Assembly: GCA_038251275.1 (NCBI GenBank)
Contig: JBBSBM010000014.1
Coordinates: 24,853 to 88,852, forward strand
Direction: 5' to 3'
DNA: 64,000 bases
DNA from: Aggregatilineales bacterium
GTDB taxonomy: Bacteria; Chloroflexota; Anaerolineae; Aggregatilineales; Phototrophicaceae
In this document: positions 9,543-18,543 of the stretch, piece after piece
How the letters are laid out: each line of letters begins with the position of its first letter
How positions within the stretch are numbered: position 1 is the first letter of the stretch
Program-made: the position numbers and the translations under genes
The notes under the pieces: model-generated
What the model was told of the DNA's origin: nothing
The model's input: the letters and a program-made list of their open reading frames with translations, nothing else
Database searches by the model: none

Positions 9543-10532
9543 ATGCCCAACCATCCAGACGAATATGGAGACGCAAACGTGATCGATTTCCAACCGATTT
9601 TTCAAGCGGTGCGGCAGGCCGCAGTCCTCTGCCAGCGTGTTCAAGAACATTATCTTGTCAGCAGCGAAAAAGGCGAACATGATCCTGTCACCATTGCGGA
9701 TTATGGTGCACAAGCCATCCTCAGCCGCACGATTAGCCTGCACTTTCCCGATGATGCCATTCTCGCGGAAGAACAGGGTGGACAGTTTATGGAATTGGTA
9801 GCAGAACAACAGCGAAAAGAAGTTATCCGCTTAATTAGCCAAATCCTCGGCATAACTGTCACACAGGTCGATGTTGTTAAGTGGCTAGATTATGGTCAAA
9901 ATCGCGAGGCGGAACGCATGTGGGTGATCGACCCAATTGACGGTACGAAGGGTTATATCTCGATGCGGAATTATGCCATTGCTGTCGGGCTGATGATCGA
10001 CCGTAAACCGGTTGGAGGCATCATCGGCGCACCGTCCTATCCCGGCGGCGCACAACTCTTCCATGCCCAAAGTGGTAATGCTTATATGCAACCATTGACT
10101 GGCGGCGAAGTCAAACGTATCCACGTCTCAGCGCGTACTGAGGCCGCCACTCTACGGGCTTTAGAAAGTGTCGAAAAAAGTCATGCCAACCACGACCGGA
10201 TGCAGCACGTCCGTGAAGTTGCCGGACTCGGTGAGGCCGAGTTAATCCATATTGACAGCATGGAGAAGTACGCGCGGATTGCGGCTGGGGATGCTGAACT
10301 GTATCTGCGGCTGCCACGCATTGGCAGCACCCGACCCTTTATGATTTGGGATCACTGTGCGGGAACAGCCATTGTTGAAGCCGCTGGCGGTAAGGTCACG
10401 GATGTAGATGGTTCGCCACTGGATTACTCAAGCGGAAAAACCCTGAATAATCAGGGCATTATCGTCAGTAACGGCGCAATTCATGACCGGGTAATTGCGG
10501 CTGTCCAGCATATTTTGTCTACTGAAACTTGA
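9543..10532 (+). CDS. 3'(2'),5'-bisphosphate nucleotidase (inositol monophosphatase family, Hal2/SAL-like)
   Basis: PVTIADYGAQ, AEE, DPIDGTKG, IWDHCAG. Confidence 0.85.
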   Translation: MPNHPDEYGDANVIDFQPIFQAVRQAAVLCQRVQEHYLVSSEKGEHDPVTIADYGAQAILSRTISLHFPDDAILAEEQGGQFMELVAEQQRKEVIRLISQILGITVTQVDVVKWLDYGQNREAERMWVIDPIDGTKGYISMRNYAIAVGLMIDRKPVGGIIGAPSYPGGAQLFHAQSGNAYMQPLTGGEVKRIHVSARTEAATLRALESVEKSHANHDRMQHVREVAGLGEAELIHIDSMEKYARIAAGDAELYLRLPRIGSTRPFMIWDHCAGTAIVEAAGGKVTDVDGSPLDYSSGKTLNNQGIIVSNGAIHDRVIAAVQHILSTET

Positions 10533-11664
10533 GTTTCCCTTCCAAGTAACGGCCAACAGGTTCTTCGTTAAGTGGAAGGCTAAAGGTAATTTGAGTACCA
10601 GAACCGGGACGGGACACAATTTCCAATTGACCAAAATGAGCCTCAGCAATACGCCGTGCTAAGTGAAGACCTAAGCCTAAACCTTGCTGCTCGTTATGGT
10701 CACGGTCAATTTGCTCAAAATCGCGTGATGCTTGGTTGATTTGCTCTTCGGTCATACCGGCGCCACAGTCAGTGATGCTGATGTAAACCCATGAGTCACG
10801 CGTCCATTGGGCAACGGTTACGTCACGTCCAGCGGGTGAATAATCCATTGCGTTAGCGATGACTTCCGCAATCGCATGCGTCAATGAAGGTGTGTTACAA
10901 ATCACCACTGATGTTTTATCACGTTCATCAATCTGAACGCCGCCCGTTGGATTACGATAGGCAAATCGTCGGGAAAGATTCATGGCGGCAACAAGTACTG
11001 TCCAAATCGGTGTCGCGAAACCAAATTCATTAACCACCTCTTGGCTCAAGGAATTGGTATCCAATTGGGTCATGAGTGCTAACTGCTCAGCAAGATGATA
11101 AATACGGTAACTGCCTGTTTGCAGACTGTCTAAAATATCGCGGATTTCGTGCGTTTCTAACGTATCAAGTTGTGCAGAAAGCAAATTCTGCACCATTAGA
11201 ATTGAGGCAACAGGCGTTCGCATTTCGTGTGACACCACTCGCGCCAAACGCTTTTTAACAGATTCCAGTTCCTTAGATGCCAAATTCCCCTGCACTACCT
11301 TACGATCCAAGCGCGCTTGAATAGCAGCCAGCAATTCGGGATAACTAAAGGGTTTGGTTAAATAGTCGTCTGCGCCCAGTTCCATACCATGTCGCACAAA
11401 TGACCGGTCGGCCATTGCACTCAGGAAAATGACCGGAATATTAGCGGAACGTACATCCTTACGGAGTTCTAAAAGCGCATTGTAACCATCCATATTAGGC
11501 ATGGAAATATCCGAAATAATGAGATCGGGTTTATGTTCACGAGCCGTGTCGACACCAATCTGACCGTCACTTGCCTCTAAAACCTCAAACCCTTCCAGTT
11601 CTAGAAAATCAAGAATGTTCTTTCGCAGATTCGGTTCGTCTTCGATCACCAATATTCGGGACAT
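10519..11664 (-). CDS. Hybrid response regulator / histidine kinase (REC-HisKA-HATPase)
   Basis: ILVIEDE, DISMP, DDYLTKPF; SHEMRTP H-box; NA, DCGAG, GLGLGL boxes; start refined to 11664. Confidence 0.9.
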   Translation of the reverse strand: MSRILVIEDEPNLRKNILDFLELEGFEVLEASDGQIGVDTAREHKPDLIISDISMPNMDGYNALLELRKDVRSANIPVIFLSAMADRSFVRHGMELGADDYLTKPFSYPELLAAIQARLDRKVVQGNLASKELESVKKRLARVVSHEMRTPVASILMVQNLLSAQLDTLETHEIRDILDSLQTGSYRIYHLAEQLALMTQLDTNSLSQEVVNEFGFATPIWTVLVAAMNLSRRFAYRNPTGGVQIDERDKTSVVICNTPSLTHAIAEVIANAMDYSPAGRDVTVAQWTRDSWVYISITDCGAGMTEEQINQASRDFEQIDRDHNEQQGLGLGLHLARRIAEAHFGQLEIVSRPGSGTQITFSLPLNEEPVGRYLEGKLKFQ

Positions 11665-11713
11665 GAAACACCTTTTCGAAAACCCCATAAACATGGGACG
11701 ATAATTACAGATA

Positions 11714-11730
11714 ACTATACTGAGTATAGT
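11714..11730. promoter_or_regulatory. Palindrome ACTATAC-tga-GTATAGT upstream of the hybrid kinase, possible operator
   Basis: Perfect 7-3-7 inverted repeat about 50 bp upstream of the start. Confidence 0.3.
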
Positions 11731-11852
11731 CACAAGGTATCCCAAGACTGCATTAAGAATCAATTCTCTATGCGGATTTCAGAAATTCTTAGTTTTTATT
11801 CAAGCCTATTGCAAATCCGTTATGAAGCCCGAAACTGGAGAAATTTGCTCCA

Positions 11853-13094
11853 TTAATCAGATGTTTTGTTTTCAAATATTTGCGCCGCTGCATCCATCAA
11901 TTCGACTCTACGGTCAAGCGGCATTTCCTTACTGAGTAGATACCGTTCTAGTAGCTCAGGCTGAGTCAAGCCTTCTGGACTACCTCCTAGCCGTGCCCTT
12001 GAAGGTTGATCAACCTGCTTGCGAATAGCCGCCATCTGGCTGATGCCTAGTCGTTTGAGTTCATCACGAATGGTGGCTTCGTTCAAACGCGATTCAGTTT
12101 CTGGCGCAAGCTGCACATTCAACCGAACAACCGCATCTCTTAGCTCGTGCTTTTTGATGAGCTTCAAGACATCATCAGTTGGATTGGCTGATCTTCGTAA
12201 ATCTGCTGTCAAGGTCACAAATGGACGGGCAGGCAACTTCTCGAAGTGCCACTCGGCAGCCCCGCGTTCCAATTCAACCCAGCAAAAGCCTTTTGGATCA
12301 CCCTCTTCACCGAAGTCAATGCGTTCCATGCTGCCACTGTAAATAACTGGCGGCACTCCGGCTTGGCCTTTAGTAAGGTTTTGGTGCTTGTGAATATGCC
12401 CCAGCGCCACATAGTCCCAACGGGAATCAGCCAACGAAGACAACATCACTTGAATATCGCGCCCCAACATGATACCGCGTTCACTACCGAACACCGCTCC
12501 ACTCACCGTGAAGTGACCTGTAAGCAACCGTGGCATATCATATTGGTCAGCTTGTTCTGCCATATCATCCAATATTTCGGTGAGCTTTTCTTGCAGGAGA
12601 GCATCCGTTTGGGCAATCGTCATGCCAGCGGTGCGGCTGTCTTCTAATATGCGTGACCGGATCGGGTAAGGTGCTGTGCCTACTGCAACCGGGCCACGCT
12701 TGGTTTCAACCGTAAACACTTCGTAATCCGCAGCCACACGGACATTTGGAACACGCAGCGTGTCGTAAATTTCGATGCTGCTGGCCTTGAGCATGGTTGG
12801 CGGCAAATCGTGATTGCCCACGAGCATCACTACAGGCGCGAGTTCTGAAAGGTCACGCACTCGGTGGGCAAACTCCCGTTGATAAGTCGGATTTGGTGCG
12901 CGGGTTTTGAAAGCATCTCCCGCAAAGATGATCAAATCAACATCGCCATTACGAGCGAATTCAATCATTTCATCCAATCGATGCAGAAAATCAACGACGC
13001 GGCTACTTAATCCGGTTTGCGGATCAGTCTTACCATAGTTTTCCATACCGACGTGAATATCGGCAAAGTGGAGTACGCGAATCGGCTCAGCCAC
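11853..13094 (-). CDS. sbcD: SbcD/Mre11 nuclease subunit
   Basis: HFADIH, AGDAF, GNHD, GH, DYVALGHIH, YSGS..RIDFGE metallophosphoesterase motifs. Confidence 0.88.
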   Translation of the reverse strand: MAEPIRVLHFADIHVGMENYGKTDPQTGLSSRVVDFLHRLDEMIEFARNGDVDLIIFAGDAFKTRAPNPTYQREFAHRVRDLSELAPVVMLVGNHDLPPTMLKASSIEIYDTLRVPNVRVAADYEVFTVETKRGPVAVGTAPYPIRSRILEDSRTAGMTIAQTDALLQEKLTEILDDMAEQADQYDMPRLLTGHFTVSGAVFGSERGIMLGRDIQVMLSSLADSRWDYVALGHIHKHQNLTKGQAGVPPVIYSGSMERIDFGEEGDPKGFCWVELERGAAEWHFEKLPARPFVTLTADLRRSANPTDDVLKLIKKHELRDAVVRLNVQLAPETESRLNEATIRDELKRLGISQMAAIRKQVDQPSRARLGGSPEGLTQPELLERYLLSKEMPLDRRVELMDAAAQIFENKTSD

Positions 13095-13139
13095 TTAATG
13101 TCATCCTTTTTATACCAGTCAGCCCATTATAACGCTTGA

Positions 13140-13394
13140 TTAAAACCGAAAATGGATGAAGATGCGCCCGAAGTTTTTATCATCTTTCTCGACGCGATGA
13201 TATAAAGCACGGATATGCTTCTGGTCGAGGAAACGTAGCACCTTTTTCTTGAGCGCACCACTGCCCTTGCCGGGGATAATCTCGACGAGTTCAATCTTCT
13301 TATCAACCGCTTCTTGTACAATGCGGTTGAGTTCGGCATCAATAATGCCACCCTTGTTATAGATGTCGTGCAAATCCAATTTGAGCTTTGCCAT
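13140..13394 (-). CDS. Stand-alone Smr domain protein
   Basis: LDLHD...IIPGKGSGALK Smr signature, 84 aa. Confidence 0.88.
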   Translation of the reverse strand: MAKLKLDLHDIYNKGGIIDAELNRIVQEAVDKKIELVEIIPGKGSGALKKKVLRFLDQKHIRALYHRVEKDDKNFGRIFIHFRF

Positions 13395-13489
13395 AATAGT
13401 GTCCTGTGCGTTCGCTTGGCATATCGCTACATTTTACCATCATCATGTAAACTAATTCTCAATATACAGACCCGTACAAGGATAATCTG

Positions 13490-14428
13490 ATGTCCAACCC
13501 GATAGCAACTATACTGGAAACCCAACCGATTGTTGTCCTAGATGGCGCACTGGCAACCGAACTCGAACGACGTGGGGCTGACCTGCGTGATCCGTTGTGG
13601 TCAGCGAAGGTGTTGATGGAGTCACCACATCTTATTCGTGAGGTTCATGCGGATTATTTCAAGGCCGGGGCAGATTGTGCAACCACTGCCAGTTATCAAG
13701 CTACGTTTGAGGGATTTGCCCGACGCGGATTGAGCGCCGAGGCTGCGGCAGATTTAATGCGGCTTTCGGTGCAGATGGCAGTCGAAGCGCGGGATGCGTT
13801 TTGGGCTGATCCGAGTCATAGAGTTGGACGCGCACGACCGTTTGTGGCGGCATCGGTTGGTCCTTACGGCGCATTTCTGGCGGATGGTTCAGAATATCGT
13901 GGTGATTACGGTTTAACTGAAGAACAGTTGATGGATTTCCACCGCCCGCGTATGGCTGTTCTAGCAGCGTCCGGCGCGGATATGCTGGCCTGCGAAACCA
14001 TTCCCTGCCTTGTAGAAGCGCAAGCACTCATGCATTTGCTCGACGAGTTCCCCAACATTTCGGCATGGATTAGTTTCAGCGCGCATGATGGAGAATACAC
14101 CAATCACGGTGAACGGCTAGCTGAGTGTGCAGCCCTGCTCGGCAATCATCCACAAGTGGCGGCTATCGGTGTCAACTGTACTGCACCGCGTTACATTCCT
14201 GACCTCATCCGTGCGGCTCATGAAGCTACCGATAAACCGATACTGGTCTATCCCAACTCCGGTGAGAGCTACGATCCGACCATCAAGTCGTGGAGCGGAG
14301 AGGATACCTGCGAAGCCTTCGCTAGTGATGCCCGAATGTGGTACGAAGCGGGAGCGCGGGTTATCGGTGGATGCTGCCGGACTACACCCGAACATATACG
14401 GGAGTTGGTGGCTGGCCTGCGGGTGTAA
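13490..14428 (+). CDS. mmuM: Homocysteine S-methyltransferase
   Basis: LDGALATELE, LWSA, GPYGAFLADGSEY, GVNC, YPNSGE, IGGCCRT. Confidence 0.93.
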   Translation: MSNPIATILETQPIVVLDGALATELERRGADLRDPLWSAKVLMESPHLIREVHADYFKAGADCATTASYQATFEGFARRGLSAEAAADLMRLSVQMAVEARDAFWADPSHRVGRARPFVAASVGPYGAFLADGSEYRGDYGLTEEQLMDFHRPRMAVLAASGADMLACETIPCLVEAQALMHLLDEFPNISAWISFSAHDGEYTNHGERLAECAALLGNHPQVAAIGVNCTAPRYIPDLIRAAHEATDKPILVYPNSGESYDPTIKSWSGEDTCEAFASDARMWYEAGARVIGGCCRTTPEHIRELVAGLRV

Positions 14429-14439
14429 CCTGATCCCAA

Positions 14440-14730
14440 ATGTTCAAAATATTGCAGAAGTTGCAGTTGTTACTGCAATTTGTGCTGAATTTGCAATACT
14501 TCCGCTGAAATGTCCGGCGGATGTGAGGGAGTGAGGCGCTGAATTGACAATTTGTGTCGGCGGGAAGCTCACTTACTGCCGCTGAAATGACACAATTGCA
14601 GCGGATCGCTCGGCTGATGCCACCGCTGTGCAATAAGGGTCTGCCGCCGCCAACTTTGCTTTCATTTTAAGCGACAGGTTATGAGTAATGGATGACATCG
14701 AGCATTCTCCAAAACAGTTCGATTTCTAGT
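14440..14730 (-). repeat. Dispersed ~300-nt structured non-coding element, copy 1 (candidate ncRNA)
   Basis: Shares 23/23, 16/16 and 25/30 nt blocks with 31008-31184 in reverse complement; 9-nt TGCA-periodic tail at 14450-14497. Confidence 0.7.
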
Positions 14731-14733
14731 TCT

Positions 14734-14763
14734 ATTTTAGAACAAATGTACACATTCTGTCAA
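14734..14763 (-). promoter_or_regulatory. sigma70-type promoter TTGACA-N18-TAAAAT with a LexA-like box (GAACaaatGTAC, 14740-14751) in the spacer
   Basis: Minus strand reads ttgacagaatgtgtacatttgttctaaaat; matches the GAAC-N4-GTTC SOS box of Firmicutes/Actinobacteria/Chloroflexi at 7/8. Confidence 0.65.
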
Positions 14764-14906
14764 TGCGATTCGGTTCGAGTTTACAAACCTGAAAAGCAGA
14801 AGATTATCCACATCACTCGCAACAGGTTCGCGAATGAGTGGCTGGTCTGCGGGTATAGAAAAACTGCTATAATTTGAGTATCAAATAAGCTAGTCAGGGG
14901 TACTTC

Positions 14907-15728
14907 ATGTCGACCTATCGTGAAACCTACAAACAAGGCCCCTTCCCACATCTTATTGACCCTTGGGCAGAAGCACCACGCTATTTCCAGCAAATCCACA
15001 GCGGGATCATCAACGACATCCTCACCCAAATTCAGGATACAATTTTTGATATGGGTTATCTGGCAGGCAAAGAAACGAGCTTACTGGTTACAGAACGGCG
15101 CGAACCGGATATATTTGTCCCTTCGCACCAAACGTCTAGTCCTTCACAATCGAATTGGAATTACACACAAGCCGCATCCACAGTGATGGCTGAACCCGGT
15201 CTTGAACTCAGTGGCGATGCCTTTCCTGAACCGGATGCCATTCACATTACTCATCGCGAAACAGGTGATCTCGTCACAATAGTAGAGATTATTTCACCCC
15301 GCAATAAAGATCGCTCAAGCGACATGTGGGATTACATCGAGCGCCGAAACCGTCTAATCTACAGCAAAGGGGTTAATGTTGTCGAACTGGATTTGACGCG
15401 TTCGGTTAAACGTTTGACGCAGGATATTCTGGCTGAAACCTATGCCTATCATGTTGTAGTCTATATGTCCGATCAAAAGCCGCGTTTCATCGGGATAGAT
15501 TACGGCGAATCGCTTAAACGTTTAGCGCTTCCGCTGCGCCATGAAGTGGTTGGGGTCGATACGCAACTGGCTTACGACAATGCCTACCAGCAAGCCTATA
15601 TTGCCAGTCACATCGAAGTCGAAAATCGCTATCTTGAATCGGAACTCCCCTTTTCATCGCTGCTCAGCGACCCACAAATCCGCGAAGCCGTCGAAACTGT
15701 CTCCCGTTGGCGTGAAGCATTGAAATAG
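14907..15728 (+). CDS. DUF4058 family PD-(D/E)XK-like nuclease
   Basis: GPFP..IDPW.E...FQQIH, REPD, LVTIVEIISPRNK, VVELDLTR. Confidence 0.75.
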   Translation: MSTYRETYKQGPFPHLIDPWAEAPRYFQQIHSGIINDILTQIQDTIFDMGYLAGKETSLLVTERREPDIFVPSHQTSSPSQSNWNYTQAASTVMAEPGLELSGDAFPEPDAIHITHRETGDLVTIVEIISPRNKDRSSDMWDYIERRNRLIYSKGVNVVELDLTRSVKRLTQDILAETYAYHVVVYMSDQKPRFIGIDYGESLKRLALPLRHEVVGVDTQLAYDNAYQQAYIASHIEVENRYLESELPFSSLLSDPQIREAVETVSRWREALK

Positions 15729-15861
15729 TTGCAAACTCCATCGTAGTAAATTGCGTATAGCTGCTGCCGCACTCCCTCCGAACACATCCGTAAGTGCACA
15801 ACTAGCCTGTGCTAACATTATTGAATATATATTCCTCTATTCTATAGTTTAAGGTCACAAT

Positions 15862-16839
15862 ATGGCAAATTTAACAAATAAAAATATCGAGTTCCTATCA
15901 GATAGAGAGCTTATCAACATACTACGGTCGATACTCGAAGAAATTGATGCTGTAGCAAGTTTAGGAGCACATCGATCAACTACTTATCTAGCGGTATCTG
16001 CCATTGAAGGTTTATTTGGTGAAATACTTAAGTTGAAACGTATTGACTCAAGTACAGTGCCACAATTCTGGCCCAAAAAAGACGGAAAATTTATAGCACG
16101 AAATCAACTCAGTCTCAATGAAAGGGAAATTGTCCTTCAGGAGGCCAAAGCTTTGCAGCCAGATTTCGAAAGTCTTTATAAACCGCTCAGGGATTATCGA
16201 AACTATATACATCCTGAACTTGAGAAAAATCAGACACCTATTACTCAATCTGTTGGACAACGAGCGCTTGCCTCATTGAACACGCTAATCGAACAATACG
16301 AATCACTTCGATTTATTACACACCAAGAATGGAGCCTCAAATACGGAATAGCTCAAGTGCCAGCAGATAACGTTATCCATATGCCACAAAATAATGGTGA
16401 TCCTGTTTCGCTAATAGTATGCGAATTATCAGCACAAAATTTTCAGGAAATGACATTCCGAGTCAGAATACCACCTGATGCAATCTTCAACTTTATTTAT
16501 AATTTTTCATCGCTTGATAAGTTTATGGGAGCGAGGATTGAAGGACGAATCGGCTGGAATGGTCAGGGCCTTCATGATGGACGGCTTGTCTGTAAAAAAT
16601 GGCGTAAGTGGGATATCAGTGGTCGATATACAAAGGAAAGTTCACCTAGCCCTCAAAAATTAGATCATATAGTAAAAATTGTATTGAATCCGCCAACGAA
16701 TTTCTCAATAACTGTGGATGGTATTCAACTTGAATTAGAAAGTAGGGTTCATTGGGGGTTCAGGCCAAAAGAAAAGATTGGGTTCATGACAGAATGGGGA
16801 GATGTATCAATACTCGATTTGAAGGTACAGACAATATAA
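15862..16839 (+). CDS. Hypothetical protein: N-terminal HEPN/DUF4145-like helical domain + C-terminal beta-rich domain
   Basis: SAIEGL...LRDYRNYIHP motif; visibly more AT-rich than its neighbours. Confidence 0.6.
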   Translation: MANLTNKNIEFLSDRELINILRSILEEIDAVASLGAHRSTTYLAVSAIEGLFGEILKLKRIDSSTVPQFWPKKDGKFIARNQLSLNEREIVLQEAKALQPDFESLYKPLRDYRNYIHPELEKNQTPITQSVGQRALASLNTLIEQYESLRFITHQEWSLKYGIAQVPADNVIHMPQNNGDPVSLIVCELSAQNFQEMTFRVRIPPDAIFNFIYNFSSLDKFMGARIEGRIGWNGQGLHDGRLVCKKWRKWDISGRYTKESSPSPQKLDHIVKIVLNPPTNFSITVDGIQLELESRVHWGFRPKEKIGFMTEWGDVSILDLKVQTI

Positions 16840-16906
16840 AAGAGGAGCAACCACACACCGGAACTGCCCCTCTTGTCACTTGAAACCTGCTACTTGTAAC
16901 TTCCCG

Positions 16907-18244
16907 TTACGGATACTTTCGGTTCAGGAAACGCGCATAGGGAATGGTCTCGCGGATGTGCGGCAAACCACAAATCCATGCGACGGTGCGCTCCAAGCCG
17001 ATACCAAAACCGGCATGAGGTACGCTGCCGAAGCGGCGCAAATCCAGATACCACGCATAAGCCTCACGCCCCAAGCCCATCTTCTTGACCTGCTTCTCGA
17101 TCAGATCGGAGTCGGAAATGCGTTCGCTGCCGCCGGTGACTTCACCGTAACCTTCGGGCGCGAGTAAATCCACGCTGCGGCAAACTTCCGGTCGTCCCTC
17201 AACAGGTTGCATATAAAATGCCTTGAACACCGATGGGAAGTTATAGACGAACACCGGCTTATCAAACATTTCTGCGACGGCTGTTTCATGCGGGCTGCCG
17301 AAGTCCGTACCCCAATCAATGTGAAGGAGCTGCTTCTGTTCAGGATCAGTGGCTTCGTCTGAGAGCTTATTGAGCCGTTCGACACACTCGTCATAGCTGA
17401 TGCGCGGGAAGGGTGCAATTACATTTTCCAATTTGGAGGTGTCGCGCTCCAGAATTTTCAGCTCTTCCTTGTGCTTTGCTAACACGGTTTGCACCACATG
17501 GCTGATGAAGTTCTGCTCCATATCCATCAAGTCTTCGAGGCTGAAGAAGGCCATTTCCGGTTCGAGCATCCAGAACTCCATCAAATGGCGACGTGTTTTG
17601 GATTTCTCGGCGCGGAAGGTCGGGCCGAAGCTGTAGACCTTACCGAAAGCCGCCATATCCGCTTCGTTATAAAGTTGTCCGGTTTGCGCCAAGAATGCTT
17701 TTTCACCGTAATAATCGAGTTCGAACAAACTGGTTGAGTCCTCACCTGCTGAGGGCGTGATAATCGGCGTATCAATCAGGGTGTAACCGTCATTATCCAA
17801 CCAGTTACGCATGGCACTGATAATGGTGGCGCGGATACGCATGATGGCCCACTGGCGTGTCGAACGCAGCCACAAGTGGCGGTTATCCATCAAGAACTCG
17901 ACACCATGATCTTTGGGTGTAATCGGATATTCATCCGCCATCTGGATAAGTTCCAGCGTCTTGATGCCGACTTCATACCCACCGGGGATACCGGGCGCAC
18001 GTTCATCTTTACGCACACTTCCGGTGATAATCACCGACGACTCTTGCGTCAGCTTGCCAGCGATTTCAAATTGAGCTTCATCCATATCCTTTTTGAAGGC
18101 CACGCACTGGGCAATGCCTGTGCCATCGCGCATCTGGATGAATTGCAGCTTGCCCTTGTCGGTGCGGTTATAAACCCATCCGCGTAACGTAACTTCTTGA
18201 CCTTCGTATTGGGCGATATTCTGGATACTAATATTTGTTGCCAC
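16907..18244 (-). CDS. asnS: Asparaginyl-tRNA synthetase
   Basis: OB-fold LRGWV..RDGTG, RHLWLR, LAQTGQLY, FGPTFRAEKSKTRRHLMEFWMLEPE, WYLDLRRFGSVPHAGFGIGLER. Confidence 0.96.
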   Translation of the reverse strand: MATNISIQNIAQYEGQEVTLRGWVYNRTDKGKLQFIQMRDGTGIAQCVAFKKDMDEAQFEIAGKLTQESSVIITGSVRKDERAPGIPGGYEVGIKTLELIQMADEYPITPKDHGVEFLMDNRHLWLRSTRQWAIMRIRATIISAMRNWLDNDGYTLIDTPIITPSAGEDSTSLFELDYYGEKAFLAQTGQLYNEADMAAFGKVYSFGPTFRAEKSKTRRHLMEFWMLEPEMAFFSLEDLMDMEQNFISHVVQTVLAKHKEELKILERDTSKLENVIAPFPRISYDECVERLNKLSDEATDPEQKQLLHIDWGTDFGSPHETAVAEMFDKPVFVYNFPSVFKAFYMQPVEGRPEVCRSVDLLAPEGYGEVTGGSERISDSDLIEKQVKKMGLGREAYAWYLDLRRFGSVPHAGFGIGLERTVAWICGLPHIRETIPYARFLNRKYP

Positions 18245-18543
18245 AGTGACTAATCCTTATGTAGCCAACAGGTATCGAGATGCAGCAGATTGCCCCCAAT
18301 TACCCCTGTTTTGCAAATGACTTTTAATGCTGGATTATACCACGCCGAGGCTTTGTTTATTTCACCATAGTCTAAGTCAGTAATTTTCGTCAGCGTTGAC
18401 GAATGGCTTATTTAGTAAGGCTGTTACAATTAATCAAAATTTCAACAGACCTGCACTCACCCTTAATGCACATCCAATAGTATTTTTGTGTATTCCACCT
18501 TACGGTTATACTATATACATATTTACAAGGGGGCGCACTGCTG

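Noticed and set aside
13395-13489. SAM riboswitch upstream of mmuM
   Set aside because: Only 95 bp, shared with a divergent promoter; no S-box consensus visible.
14382-14633. 83-aa Cys-rich ORF (...RKYCKFSTNCSNNCNFC) with an echo FQRKYCKICDNCK near 31164-31229
   Set aside because: The Cys periodicity is a by-product of the 9-nt TGCA repeats. There is no RBS, it has a TTG start, it overlaps mmuM, and the frame is not open upstream in copy 2.
14440-14730. CRISPR array or IS/MITE interpretation of the repeated blocks
   Set aside because: No regularly spaced identical repeats with unique spacers, no cas or transposase gene, and no clear terminal inverted repeats with target duplication.
15726-15746. 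Stop-codon readthrough or pyrrolysine at the DUF4058 TAG (TAG TTG CAA ACT CCA TCG TAG)
   Set aside because: Would add only 6 residues; no supporting recoding signal or pyl genes.
18245-18380. T-box leader upstream of asnS
   Set aside because: No T-box consensus or terminator/antiterminator recognisable on the minus strand.
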